Shown: in pieces, positions 1 to 11,600 of the stretch
Position numbering within the stretch: position 1 is the stretch's first letter
Layout of the letters: each line of letters begins with the position of its first letter
DNA from: Carcharhinus longimanus
Lineage: Eukaryota
Reading direction: 5' to 3'
Assembly: GCA_030264375.1 (NCBI GenBank)
Contig: JASCQW010000119.1
Location: 6,700,277-6,761,980 of the forward strand
Length of the DNA stretch: 61,704 bases
Notes under the pieces: model-generated
Seen by the model: the letters and a program-made list of their open reading frames with translations, nothing else
Database searches by the model: none
What the model was told of the DNA's origin: nothing
Made by a program: the position numbers and the translations under genes

Positions 1-1095
1 TGGGAGCGAGCATGTCCAGGATGCGGGGGGTTGGGGGGGGGGTGCAATTTCTCTGACTGCTTTGCCGAGACAGCAGGAAGTGTAGACAGAATCAGAGGGA
101 TTCTGGTTTTCATGCTGGATTGGGCGACGTTCACAGCATTTGAAATTTCTTATGCCCTCGGAGAGAGCAGGAGCCATATCAGGCTGTGATTCAAGTGTAA
201 AGACAATGTTTTCTATGTTGCATCTGCAAAAGTTAGTAGGAGTTGTAGCGACATGCCAAATGTATTTATTCTTCTGAGAAATTAGAAGTAGTGGTGTTTT
301 TTTTTAAATTGTAGTATCGGCATGAGGGGACCAAGAAAGATTGTTGGTGATCTGGACACCTAAACATTTGAAATTTTCGACCTTTCCTGCAAGATGCCCA
401 TTGATGTAGGCAGGGACATGTTCTCCTCTGCCTTTCCTGAATACGATGACAATCTCATTCGTTGTGCTGACATTGAGGGAGGGATTAATGTCGCTGCACC
501 AGATCACCGTATTATCTATTTCATACCAGTACACTGCCTCGTGTTGTTTAAGATCCAAGCCACTAGTGTGGTGTCGTTGGCAAACTTAAACAAATCAAAT
601 TGGCGGGGAACTTACTTGCACAGTTATAGGTGTATAAGGAGTATAGGATGGGGCTAACAATACATCAATCCTCTACATGGTTACTGAGGATGATCGTGGA
701 GGAGGTGTTGTTACTATCCTTATTGATTGTGGTCTGTGTGTTAAGGAAATCCGGATTCAATCACAGAGGAATGAGCCCAGGCCCTGGCCACGGAGTTAGG
801 AAATGAGTTTTGTGGGAATAATGGAGGTTGAGCTACCATATGTACATAGGATTCTGACATAGTTGTCTTCGTGATCGAGGTGTTCCAGATTTCAGTTCCA
901 GGGCCAGGGAGATGGCATCTCCTGAAGACCCATTGTAACAGTAGGCTAACTGTAGTGGATCCAGTCAGTCCGGGAGAATAAAATAAATTCGTGCCAGGAC
1001 GAGCTTTTCTAAGTACTTCATAATGATGAATGTCAGTGCCACCAGACTGCAGTCATTAAGGCACGCTACTTTGCGTTTCTTTAGCATTGGGATGA
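1..1095 (-). mobile_element. Rex1/Babar-like LINE, decayed RT C-terminal region
   Basis: ORF 304-558 reads LNVSTTNEIVIVFRK...INGHLAGKVENFKCLGVQITNNLSWSPH, the typical RT C-terminus; the left end is antisense to the copies at 43206 and 55715. Confidence 0.8.
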
Positions 1096-1689
1096 TGTTC
1101 CACTCCCTTTCACAGCCTTCATATTCAAATCAGACTGTCTTCACTTCCCGCCACTCCAGAGATCATCCTTCCCCTGATTTGTGTCTGTGGAGGAAAATAT
1201 TCGCTCCAAGCAAAGTTAAGAATTGCAAATCCATGACCCCATACTAACTATACTGGTATTTTGTCATGTTTCCCATGACAACATGTCCGATACATTTTGG
1301 TCATGCAGCCCGGTCCAACTGTTTGTTTCACCCTATCTGTCCTATTACTTTCAAACTCAAAACACTGTTACAACACTAGAAAAAAGGGTTCCGTTTCTGC
1401 GAGAAAAAAAAGTTGCAGCATTCTAACCGAACATATCTCAAGTGCACTGTAAGACTTCCTTAATAAATATTTTGTTGTTATTCAACAACTAATGCATTTC
1501 TTCCCCTCCTTTCTTAGAAGTTGTGATACCTTAGGCACCAACACTTCTCACTGAATTTACATAAAATCCAAGTCGCTCTGGAACACGAAATACACATCTT
1601 TTATTTGCAGCTCAATATTTAAGCCAACGAGACTCAATTCCACCATACCTCCTTTGGCAAATTTTAAATATTTCATTACAGTTACGAAG

Positions 1690-2280
1690 CAAATTAGATC
1701 ACAGAACGCCCCCATTCATCCTATTACGCCTACGCTAGTCAAGAACGACTGTACCACTCTGCCCCTTTTTCCACGAGTTGACCAATAGCCTTGGATAATA
1801 GTGCAAGTGAATATCTAAATGTTTCACAGCAACTTTATTGCAGTGTTAGTGTAAGGCTGCTCGTGACACTATCAAATCAGCTTCAAATAAAACGTCTTCA
1901 TTGCTTGCAGGAGTTCCGAATCATCCATGTGCAGACAATTAGATTCTCACGGCCACCCCATACACGTGTAAAATGTTACTCGTAAGTGTTATATTACCCG
2001 TCATCCAGTTCAGAATTGTATGGCACTTAGTATTGACCCACTACCTCACTATTAATGAAAATTGTGCCTTCTCATTCACTATACCTAAATTAGTCATGGA
2101 GCCGGCTTCTCTATTGGACAAACTGATAGTTAACCTGTTTGTAAAAGATTTCAGTCTTTGCTTCAAAAAAGTATCTTTAAACCATGTGATGCTATACTTT
2201 GTCAAGGTTTCTATTCATCACGTAAGACAAAACGAAAAGAAAATGCTTATTTTGGTCCAGTGTTCCCACATCCGAGCAGT
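1690..2280 (-). mobile_element. Highly decayed CR1-type LINE 3' fragment
   Basis: Weak resemblance to antisense CR1 3' ends elsewhere in the window. Confidence 0.35.
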
Positions 2281-2606
2281 TTTAAATAATTTTTTAGCTT
2301 TCCCTGCCATTACGACGATTGATCTTTCATCGTGCAGAAGTATGCATGGATATAAATATAGAGATGTATGCAAATGTAGACATGAATTTCTATTAAAAGA
2401 AAAATGAAATTAATTTTGACAATTCATCTCGTAGAAGCTACAAAGCAGAACATAATTTTTCGAACTTTTTTTTCACTTAGTGCTTTCCTTCCATTAAATG
2501 CACTTTTGTCATTGATGTTTTACAATCCAGTTTATTGTAATTGTGCACACTATATCCTTAAAGGTGTCGCACAGAATGTATATTTCACTCTTAACAGATT
2601 GTATAG

Positions 2607-2692
2607 TTACATCACATAAGTGATACAGGTGCAAAACATGATTAAACATAAATACGCTTGCCAGATGATGGCGATAGCGAGATACTTTTTGT
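2607..2692 (-). CDS. Candidate terminal exon (D)[27 protein letters not shown] (hydrophobic tail)
   Basis: Strong acceptor ccttttcttcgctttag, in frame with the preceding microexon; TAA at 2607-2609; minus-strand AATAAA at 2531-2536. Confidence 0.45.
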
Positions 2693-5600
2693 CTAAAGCG
2701 AAGAAAAGGTAGATAATCTACCTGAGCAATTATATTCGCTATATATTTCGGTCATGTATGACATGTCGCAGAATTCAGTTTACTACTGTTACCTCTAATC
2801 ATTAACAATTTGCAGGAAAACTTGCTTGCAAAATTTTCGGATTCAATTATGAATACCTCTCTTTGCTTCAAAAAACATTTATTGGAAACTAAAGTATGAA
2901 CCCGATTGACAAGCAAATTGATATATCATGCTTACCCAATTTTTCGCGAAGGGCTTGGAGTTCTGAAATAAAACATAAGTGTTTTGGAATCATTGTCTTA
3001 AAAAAAAGACCCAGTTGTATCGAATTGTTCAGTCTGGAATCACAGCTAACATAATTAGCAAATTGACCTAACTACGAATCATTAAATGNNNNNNNNNNNN
3101 NNNNNNNNNNNNNNNNNNNNNNNNNNNNNNNNNNNNNNNNNNNNNNNNNNNNNNNNNNNNNNNNNNNNNNNNNNNNNNNNNNNNNNNNCAGGGCATAGAA
3201 TTATTCGATTTCCGAGCTCGCGGTCTCTGCAGCAGATGGGCTTTCCTCGAATCGCGTAGCTTTGAAATTTGATGATGTACAATGGGGCACATATGAATGG
3301 CATTGAGATGCCAGCCAAAGGAACAATACAACTTGTCTGTCTTTTATTTTTAACCTAAGTTTCCCTCTGATCTATCTGATATCCTAACAGATTAAAATTC
3401 ATTTTTTATTTATTTAATTTTATTGATTAAATTTATTTTGACTGGCTGGTCTCGCTGGCTAGACCAGTATTGTTGACCATCTCGAATTTCACCCGATGAA
3501 GGAGTGAAATCTCCGAAAATTCACGATTCCAAATAAACCAGCTTACTTTAACCTTGTGTTGTAAAACTTCTTATTCTGCCCACAGAAATGTAACGCAGGT
3601 ATCTTCACGTCATTTCTATTTTCGTTTTAAAATGTGTGCCATTCTTGTTATTGAAAAAAAAAGTGCCATTATGTTCTGCCAGCCATCACTTCAACGGTTG
3701 ACATCACAACACATCTGCCGTGATGGGACCCGGCTTTAATGTGGACTAGAAGAAATGTGGCTCTGCTGATATCAGCGTAGAACGTCACTGCGCAGGTTCG
3801 TGCTAATGAAGTGTCATTGGGCGCATTGTTGATTTAATCACAGTTATTATTATCGAGATTTTTTTTCTAATAATCCTGTTGGTATTGCCCACAAAACTGT
3901 TTTTTTTCCCCCTCTATTGTATCTAAACTTGAAAGTTTGTTTAGGCACACTGGATTTTTGAAACACTGGAATGTTGCCCGGGTATTAGCAGGATGGATGC
4001 CTTTCGTCACCCCCAGTGCCTTCACCCGTTTCTTAGTATCACGTGGAGTGCATCTAACTCGTGGAAAAACTAGTATGAATGATGCTGGGTATCTCTAAAT
4101 CAGAAAAGGTTTGATTGACTAATCGTCCATTACGGCTGAATATGGTAGCAAATGACATTTTTTTTTACCTATCTGTTGAGGGACCTGTGTGTCGGGCTTC
4201 ACAGACAGATAAGCTGATATGCAGGTTCTGCATTTATTAGGTGGTTTAATATATTGGCATTTCTTTAGCATAAGTAGGGGCGTTATGCTTCAGTTATACG
4301 GAACAGTTGTGTCTGTTATTTGGACCAACCCAAGTCAAGTTATTTAAAGAAGGATGGTAATACATTGCACATATTTCAGAGATTGTTAACAACATTAGTA
4401 CCTGGAAGGATGGATTGGATTGGCTTTTGTGGAAAGACTGTTTCTGATAGGTTTGCATTTGCAGAAATTTAGACAAGTAAATGAAGAATTGATTAAAGAT
4501 GTTGCGGTCATGAGAGGAACTTTCAAAGGAATGGCATTTGCTCCACAAATAAAAAAGGTTGCCAACTTAGAAGGAAAGAGAGGAAACTTTATTTCCTGCC
4601 AGAGGATCTGAAAACTTTGTAGTTATCGCCCTGCGAAGGCACGGGAAACAAGTGCCTTGAATGATACAAAAGCAGAGTTCGATAGATTGTTAGTTATCAA
4701 GTGCTTGACGGGTCGTTCCGCTCTTGCAGAATGAAAACATGTGGTTTTAATAAAATCAGACCTGATCTTATTAACTAGCATATAAAGTTTGCGGCAGGGG
4801 AGAGCTAGCTCCAGTTTCTTAGCCGTGTGTTTGTGTGTCAGGGGGTTTTCAGTATGATATGTGTGTGTACGTATACTGTCGTTTTCCTCCAGTGTATACT
4901 TTAATTGCACAGCAGCGTTCACGGTTTTATCTGGCATGATTGTAGTGAACGGGTGGCAAATATTATCTGTGCGCCCTATATTCTTCTTTCTGTGTTCGCC
5001 ACGCAGAAAAAAGAAAAATCCTGTATTATAGCTTAAACATACGAACACATCATTTGCCCATGTACCTGGTGCTGTTACTGATATGCTGCCAATTAGGGAA
5101 GTACAGAATATATTACACTTAATAACGGTTATTATGTGACGGAAAACGGCGAGTGTGATACATTCTGTATGCATGCAGCCCAAGGCCAGCGCACAACACG
5201 TGGATGACTTTGATGGAAAACATAGATGGCGTACAATCGGAAAGTAATAGTTGTTCGAAACTTCATAGCGTGAGGGGCGAGAAGCAGATCTACTGCTGTG
5301 ACACATTGGTGGCCTCCTGCCTCTGCAGTGCGAGGGTGACAGATGTTACTGAACAGCGGATCAGATAATGAGGGGGAAGCCGGATATTCAGAGATCGCGG
5401 TTTAAATTTGTACCAACGACTAACGCATAAAGAGGGATATACTCCTGCAGCAAGAGGATTGCGATCTAAGTAGCAGATTTAAACTTAGCACCTCATATTA
5501 TATAATTGCTGAATTCTGTTTTGCCACCAGCTACTGGGTATCAGAATAACAGGATCGAGTAGATGAACGTATGACCGAAATGGTTATGCGGGAGGAAGGG

Positions 5601-8600
5601 ATATATTTTCATGTATCAATGGACCCATTTCTGCGGAAGGAAGAGCTGTAGAAGTAGGAAAGAATACACCTAAATCGGAATGGAACCACCATCGCTGAAG
5701 GGCGTTTGCTCCTATTGTTGCGGAGTTAAGAACTTTCAAAAGAGGGCACATATTTTAACACGCACGGTCATCTATTTGAGGCTAATTACCTTTGGTCATT
5801 GATTAACACAATAACCTTGATAATTGCATAACACCACTATGCTGGTGGAGGTATAGTATCTTCACACGTGATTGATGTGGGCCAGGGGTGGATGTTGTGG
5901 GCAAAAAGATGTGTAGTAATGGAGGCAAGGTTGCAATCTTGATCAATGTATAATTAAAGCAATATGTGGGGTATTAGCAGACAACTCAAAATACTCGATA
6001 TAGATTGAACGCAAAATAAACACGGGGAAATCACTTTGCGAGATGTGTGCTGAACCCTGTTAGAGTTTGATTCATTTCCCTTTGGAAATAGGGCTCATGG
6101 AATGTGAGGCAGAATGAAAGAATCCTGTTTTAAAACAACCTCCAATGTTTTATTATCGGCAGAAATGGTTGGAACTATTCAACAGCGCTAATTGTGTGAT
6201 ATGCCTCAGTCATAGGAACAAAGGAACATAGGAATTGGTAATTCAGACTTTCCAGCCCGCTCCACCATTCAATCCGATCGTGGCTGATCTCTTCCTGGTT
6301 TCAAACACATCATCACAGCAGCTGGTCAGATTACCTTATCATTTTCTTAAATTATAAGACAGAGCCATCGTTGAAAATTTCACTCCTACCAATCTCCTAA
6401 ACAGACCAACAATGAGTTGACATTGATCTTCAGTCAGTGCTGAGTTGACATTTGCATTGAAGTTCCCACAGATTGAAATGCAACAGTAGCTGATGGTGAC
6501 TTGTTCCATCATCCTAATGCTGAACGATTGTTCTAATTCGAGCTCCATCTTCAGCAGAATGGTGGGTGGTAATGGATGCGCCTTCAAACTCCTTGGATGT
6601 TTGTCTGATTTCAGGTAAAGTTTAGTCCACCCTTTCCTTTCGCTCAGTGTCCATTTGGATAACTCCTCATATGTATATGGAACATTCTTTTCTATGTATT
6701 TTCGAATCTACCATTCTATATAAAACTCTCCAGTTTAATTCTAATTTCTGCTGCCAGGGGCTTCCAAAAATGGCAGGGGGAATGCACATCAGTACAACCA
6801 CGCAGTGGTACCTGAGATGCACATTCGTGAATACATGTTCCCTCATCGACACCGTCTTCTTCACATATGCGAGAAGCATGATTTGGAAGGGTTCAATGGC
6901 AATGCTTTCAATATGACTCTGAACACTGATTCTAGAATCCGTGACAGCGCTGTTCCTAAATCCACTTCCTTCTTTATCTTCACTTGGGAAATATCCAGAA
7001 TCTATTTGGTTCACCTCAGACTGATAATGCATTAGCCTAGAATTCTATACACCAGGCCTTCTTCTGCTTGGTGTACAGATTCGACCGTCTCCCTAACAAA
7101 AAGTCCATTGGTGGCATGTATACATTTGCCTACTGCTCAGATTTCCCTCTCTCCGAATCCACTTTCCTGTTTTCGGTTTTCCCTGCAATTTGGGGGAATG
7201 TGCCCCAAATGGTGATAGCCACATCACTGAGCTTCACATGTGCAACATTTCAGCTCTTTGAAGACAAACTTGGCAGATCGGCGGCATATTGTCGTTGGCA
7301 TGAATTTCTGCAGTTCTTTAGCTACTTATTTTCTTGGGAACTGACCGCTGTCTTGCTTGATTTGCAGTCAAATCCATAGAAGTAGCTATGAAATAATTAA
7401 ATTAACTTTGTAAATAGGAAGCTTTGGTCAAATTTTTCCGTTAGATCACTTCATTGGGTAGCCCACAAACCAAATGGCCCCACAGAGCATTTTGCAGAGA
7501 CCCGCCGCAACATAGTGTTTTGGCTGTCGTTTTGTCACAACCAGAAATTGCAGAATGTGAACTCCCTCGAACTAAATGATTTTATTAAATAGAAGGTTTG
7601 TTCCTGTTGTATGTGTGTGCGAGATAATGGTTTATTTAGTACTTTGTAAAACTCTACCAGTTTTTTTTTCCTCTGCCGGTCTTTCAAATTTTCAATGACT
7701 CCGCAACTTTGCAAACTTGTTAGTCCCTTTTCATACGCCTGAAGCCTTCCACTCCAGTCTCTTCATTTACCTTATTGACGCTTAATTATGAGTGGAAACG
7801 CTCCGACTATAGTGTCCAGTCCTTCTTGTCTTCAGTAAATGATCTTATTACCCTGAACTGGCCCGTTATTTTTTCTGTTCGCGCTGATTATAAATTTACC
7901 CGCCGTTTTTTTTTGCATGGTTCACACCGCTGAACGTTCGCCGAGCTCTCCTAATCTTCTCGCTGAATACAGCCCAAGTACCCTTAATGCGGCATCCCAC
8001 ACGATGAATAGTGGAAAATTCGCTCTCTCATTCCTGCTCTTCGAACATGACCCGAATCCCTCGCATCCATTGCCTTTATTCCATTGCCCGGCGAGCACCT
8101 CGTTCTCAGCATTAAATATGGTCTGACTTACCACGTGACTGCTTCGGTGATACATAGCCTGTGNNNNNNNNNNCTGTGATTCAGCTGAGTCGCCAGTTTT
8201 TATGTATTACGTGTAATATCTTCTAAAACATGACCACGGACTAAGTGGGAGTAAGCTAACTTGGACTGTTTATTTGCACGTTGAAGCCCTATCACAGCAC
8301 AATACGTGATTGACAAGAACCACGCAGAGCGGAGCTTCTGTTTCGCGTTACCTGACCAGCTCTTTTATAAGGGCATTCCCGAAAACAAAAAAAAACACAA
8401 CCTGCTTTTTCTCAGCACTACGGATGCGCGCTGAAAAAAAAACTACCATTTATCCAATGTTAAGTTGAATGTTTCAGATCCATGACCTGCCTTCCGTGGC
8501 ATAAGTAGTTGTCTAATGATAGGATTTTTTTTTACTTTTGTTCTTATTTTCTGATTGTGTCTATTTAATTCTGTGGTTACTATTTACACCATTCGTTCAT

Positions 8601-11600
8601 ATCCTATAGCTTTAGTTACGATTTACATTATATGCGACCATATGGTTGGAAACATGGTGGAGCACTAAAACATCTAAAGGCATACAGGGATTATAAATTC
8701 TCAATTGCTACTTGAAATGTCTAAAACATCTGTATTATCTAAATTGAATAATAAACATTCATTTTAGTTTATTCACCATTGATTTGTTTCAACAAATCGT
8801 CATTTGTGAGCAACGATCGTTACTAGAATGCATGCAGTCCGATTATAAGACATAGCGAACTAAATGGAAACATTTCTGTGCTTTAAAACCAAAAATAAGC
8901 AAATTCCGACAAAATAATGTTCAGTCGGTTACCTGTTTCACAGTGGCTCAGTTTACTCGCTGGAAAAAATTATAATGCGTGCATCTAATTAGAATTTGAT
9001 TAAATAACATTTCACGGACGTATCCTTCAATTGGTCTGTGCTGCTGAATAATAGCGTTTGCCTTAAATAGTTACGGTCAGTGACATACGCTGAGTTAAAT
9101 TTGTGATATCCGCATATTGACGTGTTCAATGTTATTTTCTGGAGTTGATAATATTGTCACGTTGACATTTTTATAATTTTTATATCTGCATTATCTAATC
9201 TGACACTACTTTAATAAACGTATCTTAATTTATTTGCCAGTTGTTTTATTTGTACAAGTAAAAAATCTAATCATGCAATCCGAAAACAATTTAAATCTAG
9301 TAAAATATAAGGCGAAATCAGAAGCGACAAAGGTAAACTTGTATCAAAAATAGAAATTGATGAGGGAGGGAGGTTAAATGTAAAAGTTGAATTAAATTAA
9401 GAGTCAAGAGATAATATAAAAAGACGATGCGGAACTGGAAAGTTAATTGTTCACATGGGATGGGTATTAATTGGTGGTACACCAATGAAAATCACAAACA
9501 GCAGTGTTTCACTGCTGTTTGTGTTTTAGCAAAGCATATTCCCTTGCCAAATGTATTAAGGAAAGCTTACAATTGTTCCTAATCTGATTTGCGAAGCATC
9601 CCTTAAATCTTAACTGTTTTAAACACAATGTTTTATTTTAAATAATAAATTTGAATATAATAAAATTGGGATATAATCACGGCCCTTTCAGCAACTAGAG
9701 CAAATCAAAATCTAGTGCTGCCGATGTGTGCGAAGTGCTGCGATAGGCTGAAAATAAGTGGGATTGAATAAACTCATTCACACGGTCCCGGGGAAATGGT
9801 TATTTGTTAATCAATCTTTGTCTCTACGAGCTTAGTTCCGTACTTGATGTTCGATCGTCTGGACTCTGATTACATTTGTCACTTGATGATTTTCTGGTAA
9901 CTACATTTGATCTCAGCAGCGTTTCTTCCTTTAGCCATCCACTATTTTTATTTCCACCTGAAATTCAAAATAATACTTCGTTCCAATTTCAGGAATTATA
10001 ACATCATTCACGCTTGACCGAGCTTCACGTTATCCATTCTATATCTGCTCAGGTAGTGACATACATGCTGACCTCGATTTACCTAACGAAACTGAATTTT
10101 GCAGTATAAAATCAGCAGAAGTCACTGTTACTCGTGATTAGCAACATCTGACTGTGCGACGAGTTGTTGTTCATTCCAATTCCTCTGATAGTCCTCCACC
10201 GATTTTGACCAGCTAAGTTCTTCTCCTGTCCCAACTAGCATCTATTTTTTGTAAACGATCAGGAGGATAGCAGGAAAGTGGGAAGCGCGTGGAGTTGCAG
10301 GAGAATTGCTTGGACCCATCGAGGTAAAGCCTGTGGGGGCACTCATGGGAAGCATTCCTTCACCAATTGTGTCATGTGAAGGATCAGCGTAGTTGAAGTT
10401 CCTTTATACTTGTCAAAAATGATCCACGCCTCATGATGTCATGTTGTATACTCCTGCCAACTCTTAGACAAGGAAGAGCTACGTTGGCGCTGGTATGTGG
10501 ATACTCAGAATGTTAAAACCACCCTTGTTTCCTCCTCTAACCATGTATGCTGCTTGGACTCCTTGCACCAACGGTCGGGCAAAAAATTAGATTAATTCGT
10601 GGCATTCAGAAGATTAGCAGCGTGCTAAATAAAGGATGGAGCTCTAACTCCTTGTATTCACCTCACTACAGTACTTTAGTTGCCTCTGCACTCTCAAATA
10701 TCAGCACAAATTCGTTCCCCAATGACTCGATTTTATGTGGGGAAATTCCCAGGGCTTTACCGAGATTTCAGCGAAAAGCTAAGCTCAATCAGCTTTAACA
10801 GAGGATCGTTTTTGAAGAAATTGATGGAATTGAAGGTGGAAAATCTCAGTCTCCTTATCTTCACCCTGAGTACTTAAATAATTGGCCCCCGGAATTGTAG
10901 AGCCATTGATAGCTAATTTGCAAAATTATTTGTACTCTGGACTGGATCCTACAAATTGGAGTGTAGCCGATTTAAGTGCACTATTCAAAAAGCAAAGTAT
11001 TATGAAACCAGGGAATTATAGAGCAATGAATCTCACATCGGTACTGGGGAAGTTCCTGGAGTCCCTTATCAAAGATTTCATGCAACAGCTTTTGGATGGC
11101 AGTGGTGTCATCACACAAAGTAATCATGGGCTTTCAAGGGTGATATCATGGTAGACGAATCTCTTGAAATTATTTGTCGATGTAACTTGTCGAGTTGACC
11201 GATGAGAATGAGTGGAACCGGTTTATTTAAACTTTAAGACGGTTTTCGAAAAGATCTATCACCAGGGAATAATAAGATTAAAGAACATGGGATTGCAGAT
11301 AATGTCTGGAGGTTCGTAGAAACCTGGTTAGCAGGTGAGGAGAAAATAAATTGCATTAATTCTTTCCGAATTGGCGGTCAGTAACTCGTGGGTTTCCGCA
11401 AGTATCTGAACTACCGGCCGAAATGATTGCATTATATATTGATGATTCAGAAGAGGAAACAAAATGTATCATTCCTAAATTTGCAGATGATGCAAAGTTG
11501 GATGTGAGGGTGAGGAGTGAAGAGGTTGCAGAGATGTTTCAGCTTCATGTAGACAGATTAATTGATTGAACATTTGCATGGTAGATGCGGATAAATATAA

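Noticed and set aside
4623-5306. 227-aa minus-strand ORF
   Set aside because: It spans CR1 remnants and low-complexity sequence with no coherent protein features.
8824-8859. Further class-length segments (8824-8859 with stop, 17554-17580 with stop, 4059-4094 open, 34374-34400 no GT)
   Set aside because: Weak or absent donors and/or very short introns; cannot be separated from chance without a statistical scan.
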